Assembly (NCBI GenBank): GCA_963666565.1
Contig: OY762911.1
Span: 4,640,001-4,704,000, forward strand
DNA from: Thermoanaerobaculia bacterium
GTDB taxonomy: Bacteria > Acidobacteriota > Thermoanaerobaculia > Multivoradales > Multivoraceae
Length of the DNA stretch: 64,000 nucleotides
Reading direction: 5' to 3'
Shown here: in pieces, positions 52,801-62,116 of the stretch
How positions within the stretch are numbered: the first letter of the stretch is position 1
Layout: each line of letters begins with the position of its first letter
Made by a program: the position numbers and the translations under genes
Notes under the pieces: model-generated
The model's input: only the letters and a program-made list of their open reading frames with translations
The model's database searches: none
Told to the model about the DNA's origin: nothing

Positions 52801-55404
52801 GGCCGGTTCGCTCATCTGGCCCCCTTGTCGCTGAAGCTCGCCCGCCGCCTGGGTGAAAACCCCGATCTGCTCGCCACGCTCAAGCGGGTCGGTTTGAATG
52901 TCTATCCGACGGAAGACGACCAAGGCGGGCCCGAGTTGCTCGAAGCTCTGGCGGACGCCCACGACAAGAAAGAGATGCCCGCCGGCGGATTCGACGTCTT
53001 CCTCGGTCAGGTGCGTCACGCCTGGAGGCACCTTGACCCCAGCGGCGAAGTGCCGGAGCGTTTCCTCGTCCGGACCCGGGCGCGCAGGTTCGAGGTCAAG
53101 AGAGCGGCCGAACTGTCCGGCGTCTATCTGCCCGATCACAACACGCGTAGCCGCTCGCTTCGCGACCACGAGAAACCGATCGTCGAGATGCGCCTCGCGG
53201 AGGCGCAGGGCGCCGTCGGCGATCGGCTCGACACGATCGACTTGAGGCGCGCGTCGAATCTGCGCGAACGCTGCCTCGCAGACGGCATACCGCTGCTCGA
53301 CGACGCGACCGCCGGCGCCGTGCCGATCGAAGACACGGAACTGAACTGGCTGCCCCTTGTGCTGTTGACCCTGGCCGCGCACGGGGGCGCGAATCCCCGT
53401 GGACCGGCCACCGACGCCTGGCGGAACGCCATGGGGCGGCTCCGCAGTGCCCTCGTGCGTCGCTGCGGCTCGCTCGCGGTGGAACTGATGGACGCCGACA
53501 AGGTCGTTGCCCACGGCGAGCCCCGGGCCCACTGGCTCCCCCAGCACGGGGTGCTGCTGCTTGGCCACGAGGCGGAGTACGAGGACTTGGCATCCGCGAG
53601 CCAGGCGATTCTCGAACGTCAGGATCTTCTGAAGGACCTCCGCCTCGTCCTGGGGAATCTCGCGGCCGCTGCGCCGAAACCGACCGGCCAACAGATCGAG
53701 GCCGCACTCGACCGAGCCGAGATCGATGGCGGGGCGGTAGCCGACATTCGCCACAGGTGGTTCGGCGCCACCGCGCTTCTCGTCGACCGCATCCGGCCGG
53801 TTCTCAGGTTGCTCGGGGTAGCCGGCGCAGGCCTCGACGCAGCAGCCGGCGATACGCGGGCCCTCGAGGCATGGCTGAAAGCGCACCTGCCGGAACGTAG
53901 CGGCAGATGCTGGGCGCCGGAAGAACTCATCAGGGCCGCCAGACGAAGCCGCGACGACCAGGAAATGGGACGCGAGGCCTTTCGGCGCCTCGGCGAAGAC
54001 GCTCAGCTCCCAGCCTGGAACAACGCGCTGGCCGAGCTCGGCGACCGCTACGCGAAGGTGGCGAACGACGACGCAGCCGATCAGGCAAAGCGGCACGCCG
54101 AGGACGCCGCGCCGCTGCTTCGAGCGCTTGCCCACCACGTTGCCGACGAAACGGGCGACGCGGACCTGTTCCTCAGGATGGAAGAGGCGGGCCGGGAGTT
54201 CAAGGCGCCAGCCGACTGGGGCACTCGATGGTGGGAGGTACCTCTCGATGCGGTGCTGGGACAACTGCGTACGGCCTACCTGGGGGAACTGGCCGTTGAC
54301 TCGGGCCTAATCGACGCCCTCGACGGCCCGAGCACGCTCGCGGACCTTCGCGAAGCACTCAAGCAGAGACGAATCGCCCTCGACGTCGACCCGTATGAGA
54401 CCTTCCGCCAGAACGGGAACCGACTCAGCAAGGCGATCGGCCAAGTCCGCGATCTCCACCGGGCGTGGCTGGAGATCTCAGGAGCAGACCCGATCCCTCC
54501 CCGGGACGAAGCCCCCGGGTCGCCACGATTGGACTCCTCGGCGTACCTTCGGGACTGGTCCGAGGCCGAGATCTTCGGGCAAGCGCTTGAGATGGTGGAT
54601 GACGCGGCGTTGCGAAGGAAGTGCGCCGGTTGCAGCGCCGTCCACGCGGCGCGAGAGCGGCTTGGGGTCACTCCAGAGGCTGTTGAACACGCGACGCGGA
54701 AGCGCGAGGAGCGCCAGCGGGAAAAGGAACGAGAGAAGAGGACCTTCACGATTGCGGGAAAGTCGTTTGAAGTGGATGGTCCCGAGAGCTACGGCGATCT
54801 TCTGGCTCGTCTCGACGCATTGCCGGAACCGAAGGGGCCCAGCGTCAAGAGCGAAGAGTCGACGCGGCTGGTCCCACCGGGGCCCGGTCCAACCTCGAGC
54901 CAGAAGTCCATCCCAGGCTCGGGCGGCAAGACCTCCCACCTGTACTCGCGACCCCACCTTCCCGGCCTAGTCGGGATCGTCGGCGAGATGCACGCCTATC
55001 GCTACCTTCGGTCTGACTTCGGCAGCGGGGTCGTGACACCTGCCGCGTGGGTGTCCGAGAACGGCCTCAAGGTCCTGCCACCGGCAAGTAGCGAGAAGCG
55101 TGACGCGAGCGACAGCTACGGCTTCGACTTCCGATTCACAAGCAGCGGAATCACCTGGCACTTCGAGGTCAAAGCGACCAGGGAGGACGAGACGAGCTTC
55201 TCGCTACCGCCGAGCGAGATTCGCGCAGCCACGAGACTCGCAAACAGCGGCCACCACTGGCGGATACTCCGCATCAGGCATGCGTTCTCCGACACGCCGC
55301 GAATCGACTTGCTCCCCAACCCCTTCGAGACGGGGTTCTCGAACCTCTTTCGACTCAGCAGCGGCGGGCTGACTGTGCGCTACGCACTGGGCGCCGATAT
55401 GTAG
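49834..55404 (+). CDS. Sacsin/NO VEIN-like GHKL ATPase with C-terminal DUF3883-type PD-(D/E)XK nuclease
   Basis: N-terminal ELLQNAHDA, ANSGRPF and GNKGLGFQSV; central NAPF...DRR; C-terminal GIVGE, YGFDF and FEVKAT. Confidence 0.82.
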   Translation: MRSPGRQEGDRLIEAQAQRQVQTFFDELKNGTRNYRTVASLSGQITQEYRGRCVLELLQNAHDALAGAGPDDPRLISFVLVAEPEPELLVANSGRPFRRKDFEGICQLGQSPKDPNESVGNKGLGFQSVLEVSTRPEVWSTAAAEDSLEFAFGFDPAGMRRLVEQAAAEIERGSSTPQASTGRRIINWSQEQLLDYQRHDRSGGAVDATREARRYLSPYSIPLPIAETPPEVAELLGAGHVTVIRLRIDGGRTRAVDEAIEDPDQPAGATADQRLAVNEAIDAIKDQLDELDARSTVFLQDLEKLTIDIDGERRVLERIVDSTAEVPASRPAREQVLLVGGPAQTALADTTREFRVWTRGLGGDGDLAEARRIRDAVKHLPNRWPEVRQVEVGVAVEDTESPEPGAFVIFLPTEVGTGAGALVNAPFYGSLDRRQINFEDEYNSLLLEYVMDLALDVATELAAGPTEVWRARAVIDLLASAGPTPADGRPAPMDRVRQRADDTQRDLDKAALLLCDAGWRRAETARFMPDVPGDGPLGADPWRESAAFDVVSSGLDGRRKDVEALLDCFGGSSKPAPAEWVNTVERLADRIHRGGIDVPWDAFLTSLGTVLPQEIRSEPRTGTADPLSNAEFLPTQDGRVLSASGGVQIFFRPRRGFDDAAEFVDRVPDALADRIAFLHDGVRTHEGPQRRNTEVQGFLSGRNGRFVQSFRREDLLREVILPALPELPAEHGTPEADRCSEILGWTLLLLGGEELEAVDDLLRRLPVACHGGWLAAGKAAFGPGWPSRHGECLQTLADGLPEGGRRVLDLALLPPRDPRWRLDSAAPNELLERAGVIDGLPLETAEPLLFAMSAKYRELPRNAPRGIPQDAWDDWLDAVDAELKPEIKSRTAYRLADVHLASEIHSLPNLDAPAGEALSDLILSSLGKWDGAWESAMVTRPRYPNFPTGITSPLKHWLTTLPWLHDNQIKPRPLCRRWFVPESLLRGQGGRFAHLAPLSLKLARRLGENPDLLATLKRVGLNVYPTEDDQGGPELLEALADAHDKKEMPAGGFDVFLGQVRHAWRHLDPSGEVPERFLVRTRARRFEVKRAAELSGVYLPDHNTRSRSLRDHEKPIVEMRLAEAQGAVGDRLDTIDLRRASNLRERCLADGIPLLDDATAGAVPIEDTELNWLPLVLLTLAAHGGANPRGPATDAWRNAMGRLRSALVRRCGSLAVELMDADKVVAHGEPRAHWLPQHGVLLLGHEAEYEDLASASQAILERQDLLKDLRLVLGNLAAAAPKPTGQQIEAALDRAEIDGGAVADIRHRWFGATALLVDRIRPVLRLLGVAGAGLDAAAGDTRALEAWLKAHLPERSGRCWAPEELIRAARRSRDDQEMGREAFRRLGEDAQLPAWNNALAELGDRYAKVANDDAADQAKRHAEDAAPLLRALAHHVADETGDADLFLRMEEAGREFKAPADWGTRWWEVPLDAVLGQLRTAYLGELAVDSGLIDALDGPSTLADLREALKQRRIALDVDPYETFRQNGNRLSKAIGQVRDLHRAWLEISGADPIPPRDEAPGSPRLDSSAYLRDWSEAEIFGQALEMVDDAALRRKCAGCSAVHAARERLGVTPEAVEHATRKREERQREKEREKRTFTIAGKSFEVDGPESYGDLLARLDALPEPKGPSVKSEESTRLVPPGPGPTSSQKSIPGSGGKTSHLYSRPHLPGLVGIVGEMHAYRYLRSDFGSGVVTPAAWVSENGLKVLPPASSEKRDASDSYGFDFRFTSSGITWHFEVKATREDETSFSLPPSEIRAATRLANSGHHWRILRIRHAFSDTPRIDLLPNPFETGFSNLFRLSSGGLTVRYALGADM

Positions 55405-55425
55405 CTGCCGCGACCAAACGCGCGA

Positions 55426-56028
55426 TCACCTGTACGGAAACAGCCTCCGCACTTCGAGCTCAATCTCCACGCCCGGCACTCTCAGCCGATCGTCGCCGTC
55501 GTGGACCGATCGCTCGCTATAGCCGTCAGGCCCGGGCGCGCTGCACGCTTCGACGGTACGACTTCCCAAGTCGACCAGCCAGAACTCCCGGATGCCGTGG
55601 CGGGCGTAGAGCCGCGCCTTGACCCGGCGGTCGTAGTCTCGGGTCGTGTCCGAGACCTCGATGGCGAGGAGCACGTCCTCGGGCCGCGGGAGACTCTGGC
55701 TGTACGCGTCATCGCGCCTGACGAGCACGCAGACGTCGGGCTGCGGCTCCGTGGCGTCATCGAGACGAATCGGGCTCTGAACCCGGATGGAGGCGCGGCG
55801 GTCGACCGCGCCGAAGAGGAACTCGGCAAGGAGGTCGACACAGGCCGCGTGGCGACTTCCGACGGGGGACATCACGACGATTTCTCCTTCGATGAGCTCG
55901 ACCCGGTCGTCTTCGCTCAGGATTCCCGCCCGCGCCATCGCGTGGTAGTCGTCCACCGTGAACAACCGTCTGGCGGGTGTAGCAGGCGGTGTCCCCTCCG
56001 CCCTCGTCTTTCGCGCGGCCACCGTCAT
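55426..56028 (-). CDS. Uma2-family endonuclease (DUF820)
   Basis: ELIEGEI, PQPDV, LAIEVSDTT and KARLYARHGIREFWLVD. Confidence 0.92.
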   Translation of the reverse strand: MTVAARKTRAEGTPPATPARRLFTVDDYHAMARAGILSEDDRVELIEGEIVVMSPVGSRHAACVDLLAEFLFGAVDRRASIRVQSPIRLDDATEPQPDVCVLVRRDDAYSQSLPRPEDVLLAIEVSDTTRDYDRRVKARLYARHGIREFWLVDLGSRTVEACSAPGPDGYSERSVHDGDDRLRVPGVEIELEVRRLFPYR

Positions 56029-56106
56029 ACCGTGGATCTTACCCGCGGAGGCGAACCGCTCCAGCGTTGGTGATGCGGATCCGGCAACGTGGCCGCCCGC
56101 ACGGGG

Positions 56107-57318
56107 CTACAGCGACGCCGCGCCGTGGTACGCCCGCGCGACCCAGGCCATGAGCTGGGCGCATAGCAGCCCCAGCGGCGTGCCGACCAGGTTGCCGAGT
56201 ACGCCCATCAGCACCCCGACCGCGGCCAGGGCGGGCTGGAACACGCCAGCGACGACCGGAGTCGAGATGACGCCGCCGACGTTGCCCATGCTGCCGGTCG
56301 CAAACAGGAAGATCGGCGCGCGCAGAAGGCGCATCGCGAGGAACAGGCAGGCGACGTGGATGCCGATCCAGACGACGCCGACGCCCAGCACCAGAGGCGC
56401 CTCGGCAATGGCGGCGAGGTCGCCGCCCGCACCCATCGTCGCGACCATCAGGTAGAGGCCGCCGTAGGCCACCGGCGTAGCTCCCCGGTGTTCGAGACGC
56501 CGGATCGGCGTGAACGACAGTCCCAGGCCAAGCGCGACGACCAGCAGGATGCCCCAGGTGAAGTGCGACAGCACGGAGCCCACCTGCGGCAGCAGCTCGC
56601 CGCCGCGCATGCAGAGCCAGCTACCGACCAGGCCGACGCCGAGCATGGAGGCGAAGGCCGGCAGCGTGATCGGCCGCGCGTTCTCGGCCTGGACCTGCTG
56701 CAGCCGCCGGTTCAGTGCGTCGAGTTCTTCGCGGCGCGCCCGGTTCCAGCGGTCGATCCGGTTCTGGTGGCCACTCAGCAGGATGACGATCGACATCCAG
56801 CCGTAACCGACGACCGAGTCGACGATGATCATCGGAGCGAAGACGTCGTCGGGAGCGCCGACGCCCTCCTTGATCGCGATCATGTTCGACAAGCCGCCGA
56901 TCCAGGAGCCGGACAGCGCTCCCAGCCCCTTCCAGATCTGCGGGTCGTCGAGGAACGGCTGGAAGATGGCCAGCGCGATCGGTCCGCCGATCACGATGCC
57001 GACCGACCCCGACAGCAGCATCGCCGCGGCGAGCGGTCCCAGGCGCCTGATCGCCGGCACGTCGGTCGCGAGCACCAGGAGCAGCAGCGAGCACGGCATC
57101 AGGTAGTCGGTGCACCAGTCGTAGAAGGCCGACTCGGCCGGAGTGATGCCGGCCGTGGTCAGCACCACCGGCAGCAGGTAGATCCAGACGATCGGCGGCA
57201 GGTAGCTGAACAGCCGGTCGAGCGGCTTCGTCTGCGCCAGCACGAAGATCAGGGCCACGAAGCCGGCGAAGAAGACGAGCAGCGCGGTCGGGTCGTCGAT
57301 CAGGGCCGGCGCCGTCAT
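56107..57318 (-). CDS. DUF819-family membrane protein
   Basis: Multi-TM protein with GSWIGGLSNMIA and SMGNVGG motifs. Confidence 0.82.
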   Translation of the reverse strand: MTAPALIDDPTALLVFFAGFVALIFVLAQTKPLDRLFSYLPPIVWIYLLPVVLTTAGITPAESAFYDWCTDYLMPCSLLLLVLATDVPAIRRLGPLAAAMLLSGSVGIVIGGPIALAIFQPFLDDPQIWKGLGALSGSWIGGLSNMIAIKEGVGAPDDVFAPMIIVDSVVGYGWMSIVILLSGHQNRIDRWNRARREELDALNRRLQQVQAENARPITLPAFASMLGVGLVGSWLCMRGGELLPQVGSVLSHFTWGILLVVALGLGLSFTPIRRLEHRGATPVAYGGLYLMVATMGAGGDLAAIAEAPLVLGVGVVWIGIHVACLFLAMRLLRAPIFLFATGSMGNVGGVISTPVVAGVFQPALAAVGVLMGVLGNLVGTPLGLLCAQLMAWVARAYHGAASL

Positions 57319-57399
57319 CGCGGGCGATTGTAGTCGCGGGCTGGCTGCTATCTTCCGACGCCACCTTCCCGAGCCTGACCTGCCAGGAGAGCTTCGCCC

Positions 57400-58443
57400 A
57401 TGAGACATCGCACACCGGCCATCGTGTCCGCGCTGACGGCGACCTTCCTCCTGCTGGGTTCCGCCGCCGCTGCCCAGTTCGGAGCGCGGCCGCCCAACCG
57501 GTCGTCCCTGCTCGACGACGGCGCCCTCCACGTCGTCATCTGCGGCAGCGGTTCGCCGTTGCCGAGCATCGACCGTGCCGGACCCTGCACGGCGGTGATC
57601 GCCGGGGGCCGGATGTTCCTGATCGATGTCGGCCCCGGCTCGACGGAGAACCTCCGCCTCTGGGGATTGCCGGTCGGCAGTCTGGCCGGCGTCCTGCTGA
57701 CCCACTTCCACTCCGACCACATCGGCGAACTCGGCGAGGTCGTCTTCGCGAGTTGGACATCGGGCAGGGCCGTGCCCCTGGACGTGTACGGCCCGGCGGG
57801 CGTCGAACAGGTCGTCGCCGGCTTCCAGGCAGCCTACGAACTGGACGTCTCCTACCGTGTCGCCCACCACGGCGCCGACGTGCTGCCGCCGGAGGGCGGC
57901 AAGGCGAACGGGCACGCCATCGAACTCGCCGAGGACGCCCCCTCGCGCGTCTTCTACGACGAAGACGGGCTGAAGATCGCCGCGTTCCTGGTCGAGCATG
58001 AACCGATCTCGCCGGCGCTCGGCTACCGCGTCGACTACGGCGGCCGCTCGGTCGTGGTCAGCGGCGACACGATCCGTTCGGCGAACGTGGAGGCGGCGAG
58101 CCAGGGCGTCGACGTCCTGGTCCACGAGGTCCTGTCCGGCGCCCTGATCGGCGGGGCGGCGCAGGCGCTCGATAGCGCCGGCAACGAACGGACCGCGACG
58201 ATGCTCCGGGACACGCTCGACTACCACACCTTCCCCGCCGACGTGCACGCCCTCGCCGCCGACGCGAAGGTGAAGCTGCTGGTGCTGAGCCACCTCGTGC
58301 CGCCGCTGCCCGCGGCGCAGGCCGAGGGCGTGTTCATGCGCGGCCGGGCCGAGGACGCCCCGAACGATGCGGTTGTCGCCGCCGACGGCATGCATATCTC
58401 GCTGCCGGCGAACAGCGACGAACGGACGATCGAGAACTTCTAG
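57400..58443 (+). CDS. Secreted MBL-fold metallo-hydrolase (RNase Z/arylsulfatase-like)
   Basis: Signal peptide; CGSGSP, THFHSDH, SGDT, LVHE, YHT and LSHLVP. Confidence 0.88.
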   Translation: MRHRTPAIVSALTATFLLLGSAAAAQFGARPPNRSSLLDDGALHVVICGSGSPLPSIDRAGPCTAVIAGGRMFLIDVGPGSTENLRLWGLPVGSLAGVLLTHFHSDHIGELGEVVFASWTSGRAVPLDVYGPAGVEQVVAGFQAAYELDVSYRVAHHGADVLPPEGGKANGHAIELAEDAPSRVFYDEDGLKIAAFLVEHEPISPALGYRVDYGGRSVVVSGDTIRSANVEAASQGVDVLVHEVLSGALIGGAAQALDSAGNERTATMLRDTLDYHTFPADVHALAADAKVKLLVLSHLVPPLPAAQAEGVFMRGRAEDAPNDAVVAADGMHISLPANSDERTIENF

Positions 58444-58452
58444 CCTCGCACG

Positions 58453-59274
58453 ATGACGACCTGGGACGCCGAACTCGAGTTCGCGGTCGAAACCGCGTGG
58501 ATCGCCGGCCAGTTGACGCTCGAGTTCTTCCGCCACGGAGTCGAGGAGGAGCTCAAGAGCGACCGCTCGCCAGTCACCGAGGCCGACCGCGGCGCCGAGG
58601 AACTGATCCGCTCCCGCATCGCCGAGACCTTTCCCGGCGACTCGATCGTCGGCGAGGAGTTCGGCACGGGCGGCGGAATGGCGAGCGCGGACGGCGACGC
58701 CGGCGGAGCAGCGCAAGCGGCCAGCGACGGCGGTGCCGAGCGCCGCTGGTACATCGATCCGATCGACGGGACCCGCTCCTTCGTCCGCGGCGTACCCCTG
58801 TACGGCATCCTGATCGGCTTGGAGGTCGAGGGCAGGGTGGAGGTCGGCGTCGCCCACTTCCCCGGCATCGGCGAAACAGTGGCGGCCGCCTCCGGCCACG
58901 GCTGCACGCTGAACGGCGAGCCGGCCCAAATCCGCGAAACCGCCAGCCTCGCCGAGAGCTACGTCTCGTTCGGCGATCCGGGCCTCTTCGTCGACTCGCG
59001 CCACCGGAAGGCCTGGCAACGGATGATGAACCACACCGCCTACCGCGTCGGCTGGTCCGACGCCTACGGCCACGCCCTCGTCGCCACCGGAAGGCTCGAA
59101 CTGATGGTCGATCCGAGGATGAGCGCCTGGGACTGCGGGCCCTTTCCCGTCATCCTGCGAGAAGCCGGCGGCTACTTCGGCGACTGGGACGGCAACGAGA
59201 CGATCCACGGCGACCGGGTGTTCAGCACCACGCGACGGCTGCTGCCCGAAGTCCTGGAACTGCTCGCCGACTGA
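58453..59274 (+). CDS. Inositol monophosphatase family protein (HisN-like)
   Basis: VTEAD, GEE, IDPIDGTRSF and WDCG. Confidence 0.9.
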   Translation: MTTWDAELEFAVETAWIAGQLTLEFFRHGVEEELKSDRSPVTEADRGAEELIRSRIAETFPGDSIVGEEFGTGGGMASADGDAGGAAQAASDGGAERRWYIDPIDGTRSFVRGVPLYGILIGLEVEGRVEVGVAHFPGIGETVAAASGHGCTLNGEPAQIRETASLAESYVSFGDPGLFVDSRHRKAWQRMMNHTAYRVGWSDAYGHALVATGRLELMVDPRMSAWDCGPFPVILREAGGYFGDWDGNETIHGDRVFSTTRRLLPEVLELLAD

Positions 59275-59277
59275 GCC

Positions 59278-59532
59278 TCAGCCGCCGCCCGTCGGCTCCT
59301 CGCCGTCCTCCAAGGGACCGGCCACGCAGCTCAGCAGTTCCTTCACCTCGTCCAGCCGGTTGTCCGGTACGCAGAGCTTCACCGGCACCGGCGACTTCCC
59401 CATCATCCCCATGCCGAACATGCCGACCCCGGCGCTCTGCACCAGGAACGGAATGTCGTACTGGTCCAGGGCGTGGCCGATCGTCTCGGCCTCGAGCCGG
59501 GAGTCGAAGGTGGCGAGTTCGACGAACTTCAC
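59278..59532 (-). CDS. DUF2007-like putative signal-transducing protein
   Basis: ATFDSRLEAETIGHALDQYDIP and VKLCVP pattern. Confidence 0.7.
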   Translation of the reverse strand: MKFVELATFDSRLEAETIGHALDQYDIPFLVQSAGVGMFGMGMMGKSPVPVKLCVPDNRLDEVKELLSCVAGPLEDGEEPTGGG

Positions 59533-59659
59533 GGATGCGGCGCCTGCAACACGGTCGCCCTCCAGCTTAGCGAAGCCCGGGCTCCCCGGCGCACCGGGTC
59601 CAGCCGCGTCGGCGCGCGGGCAGTTGCCTCAAGACGTCCCGACGTCTATAGTCCCCGGC

Positions 59660-60811
59660 ATGGAACCGCCCCGCCGGCCGCCCGGTCAGGTCCGAGACGC
59701 GATCGTCGCGGTGCTGCGCACGTATCCCGACGGAGCCTCGCCCAGTCTCATCGAGCAGGGAGTGCGGCAGCGCATAGGACCTGTGGCCGGATCGAGCATC
59801 CGCTCCTACCTCCGGTTGAACACGCCGACTCTCTTCGAGAAGCCCGCGCGGGGTCTCTATCGACTGGGCAGCGGTGAACCTCGACGGGGGCCACCCAGCA
59901 GTGAACTCCGGGATGCACTGCCGGCGTTCGACCATGGCGGAGCGTCGATCGTCCATGCCGACTGCCTCGACTGGCTGAGGGCCTGCGAGCCCAGCACGAT
60001 CCACGCCGTGGTCACCGACCCCCCCTATGGCCTCGTCGAGTACTCGACCCGCGAACAGGAGAAGCTCCGTGCCCGGCGCGGCGGCGTGTGGCGCATCCCG
60101 CCTTCCTTCGACGGCGCGAAGCGGTCTCCTCTGCCGCGCTTCACGACTCTGTCCGAAACGGACAAGGAAGCTCTGGAGGCGTTCTTCGAGACCTGGGCAA
60201 GGCTGCTCCTGCCGGTCCTCGTTCCCGGCGCCAACGTCGTCGTCGCCACCAACCCCCTTCTCTCCTACCTGGTTTCGGGCGCGCTCGCGCGCGCCGGCCT
60301 GGAACGGCGCGGCGAACTCGTCCGGCTCGTCACCACGATGCGCGGTGGAGACCGTCCAAAGGGAGCTCACGTCGAGTTCAACGATGTGAGCGTGATGCCC
60401 AGGTCCATGTGGGAGCCGTGGCTGTTGTTCCGCAAGCCACCCGAGGGCAGAATCCAGGACAACCTGCGGAAGTGGGGCACCGGCGGATTCCGGCGCCCCG
60501 AGAGCGGTCGTCCCTTCGGCGACGTGATCCGCTCCGCACCCACTCGGGCCGCGGAGCGAAAGCTCGCGCCGCACCCGAGTCTGAAGCCTCAGCGCTTCCT
60601 CAGGCCAGTTGTGCGAGCCGTCCTGCCCTTGGGCGAAGGAGTCGTGCTCGACCCATTTTGCGGTGCCGCCTCGACTCTGGCCGCGGCAAACGCCATCGGC
60701 TATCGCAGCATCGGCATCGAGAAGGACGCGCACTACTACCGCATGGCGCGCGAGGCGCTGCCGCGGCTCGGCGCCCTGAGGGGCCAGCAGCAGCTCTTCG
60801 ACCGTGCCTAA
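59660..60811 (+). CDS. Beta-class N4/N6 DNA methyltransferase with N-terminal winged-HTH-like extension
   Basis: VVTDPPY precedes HPSLKP and VLDPFCG, which is the beta-class motif order. Confidence 0.9.
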   Translation: MEPPRRPPGQVRDAIVAVLRTYPDGASPSLIEQGVRQRIGPVAGSSIRSYLRLNTPTLFEKPARGLYRLGSGEPRRGPPSSELRDALPAFDHGGASIVHADCLDWLRACEPSTIHAVVTDPPYGLVEYSTREQEKLRARRGGVWRIPPSFDGAKRSPLPRFTTLSETDKEALEAFFETWARLLLPVLVPGANVVVATNPLLSYLVSGALARAGLERRGELVRLVTTMRGGDRPKGAHVEFNDVSVMPRSMWEPWLLFRKPPEGRIQDNLRKWGTGGFRRPESGRPFGDVIRSAPTRAAERKLAPHPSLKPQRFLRPVVRAVLPLGEGVVLDPFCGAASTLAAANAIGYRSIGIEKDAHYYRMAREALPRLGALRGQQQLFDRA

Positions 60812-61425
60812 CGGTCCGGGGCCCCAGGCAGATAGAGCCAGTTTCGCCGGAACCTCCGGATGCCGTCCCGGTCGAGCGTCGCCGTCCGCGTTCCCAATTC
60901 GCCCCGCTCGTTTCGACGGAAGTCGTCCACCGTCACGTAGCCCAAGTAGACCTCGGTGAAGACCATCGGCCTTCGAGCGCGAGCCGGCTCGGTCACGTGG
61001 TCCGTCTCGTAGACGAAGACGCAGAGCCACTGGTCGCGGGCGCCGTGGAAGTCCACGGCGCCGCCCTTCTTTCGGGTCGTCTTGATCTCGAGCCCCTCTT
61101 CTCCCGCCGCAACGCTGTTGTCGGGATAGACGCCCTCGACGAGGAGATCGGGATGACCGTTGTGGTAGCGGTTCTCGGTCAGACTGCGTGCGTGGTTCGC
61201 GAGGCTCGCCGTCAGCATGTCCGAGACGAAGCCGGACATCGCAGCCGGGCGCAACAGGTCGTCGAGCCGCTTCAACCCTCGCCCAAGCAGGTTGCCGTTG
61301 ACGTCGTGGAGGAAGTCGTAGACGTCCTGCATCGCCAGGTCGAAGTCCTTGACGCGCAGTTCGTAGGGAAGCGGCAGATCCGGGTTGAAGCCGGCAGGAT
61401 CGACCTGGCTCCGCCCGGTGGCCAC
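60808..61425 (-). CDS. Putative type II restriction endonuclease (PD-(D/E)XK)
   Basis: HPDLL...GLEIKTT motif; about 205 aa; convergent with the MTase and overlapping it by 4 nt. Confidence 0.7.
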   Translation of the reverse strand: MATGRSQVDPAGFNPDLPLPYELRVKDFDLAMQDVYDFLHDVNGNLLGRGLKRLDDLLRPAAMSGFVSDMLTASLANHARSLTENRYHNGHPDLLVEGVYPDNSVAAGEEGLEIKTTRKKGGAVDFHGARDQWLCVFVYETDHVTEPARARRPMVFTEVYLGYVTVDDFRRNERGELGTRTATLDRDGIRRFRRNWLYLPGAPDR

Positions 61426-61448
61426 GGCATCCTGGCGGCCGCCGGGCA

Positions 61449-61904
61449 CTACTCCTCCGGCAACTTCAGCATCAACCCGAGCCGGGTACACCGCGCCACC
61501 AGTTCGTCGCGCTGGTTGTAGGCGCGGTGCTCGAAGGTCACGATGCCGGCGTTGGGGCGCGAGCGGCTTTCCCGCTTGTCCTTGACCTCGGTCTCGATCC
61601 GCAGGGTGTCGCCGTGGAACACGGGCCGCGGGAAGACGACGTCGTTCCAGCCCAGGTTGGCGATCGTGGTGCCGAGGGTCGTGTCGCCGACCGAGATGCC
61701 GACCATCAGGCTGAGGGTGAAGCAACTGTTGACGATCCGCTCGCCGAACTCACTGTCTTTCATCGCCTCCGCGTCGAGGTGGAGGGCCGCCGGGTTGTGG
61801 GTCATCGCGGTGAAGAAGACGTTGTCCGCCTCGGTCACGGTGCGCCGGAGGGCGTGGTCGAAGACCTGGCCGACTTCGAACTGCTCGTAGTAGAGACCTG
61901 CCAT
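61449..61904 (-). CDS. MaoC-family dehydratase
   Basis: [20 protein letters not shown] and PVFHGDTL. Confidence 0.9.
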   Translation of the reverse strand: MAGLYYEQFEVGQVFDHALRRTVTEADNVFFTAMTHNPAALHLDAEAMKDSEFGERIVNSCFTLSLMVGISVGDTTLGTTIANLGWNDVVFPRPVFHGDTLRIETEVKDKRESRSRPNAGIVTFEHRAYNQRDELVARCTRLGLMLKLPEE

Positions 61905-62008
61905 GCGGCAACCCTAGCGCGGTGGGGTCGTCGTTGCTTCGCGGCGACGTCTGCCGCCGCACCCGGCGCTGCCAGAGCGGCGCCGGCCTGCCGCCGGCGC
62001 GTCCTTCT

Positions 62009-62102
62009 GGCCGCCTCCGGCGGTAGCGGGTCGGAAGACCCGCGCACCCGGCGGAAGGGTTGTTCCATGCGCGGCAGCGGGTCGGAAGACCCGCGCACCC
62101 AG
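62009..62102 (-). repeat. Two tandem REP-like elements
   Basis: AGCGGGTCGGAAGACCCGCGCACCC occurs twice, at ~62026 and ~62076. Confidence 0.85.
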
Positions 62103-62116
62103 TGTCCGCGCGAGCG

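Noticed and set aside
49630-56100. Bounded mobile element carrying the sacsin-like gene
   Set aside because: No integrase, transposase, tRNA target or flanking direct repeats could be identified by eye.
57319-59208. N-terminal 630 aa of the 1033-aa minus-strand ORF
   Set aside because: It is antisense to the MBL hydrolase and IMPase genes. The real DUF819 gene starts at 57318.
62009-62102. Possible CRISPR array (direct repeats with a spacer)
   Set aside because: There are only two units, they match the dispersed REP family, and no cas genes are present.
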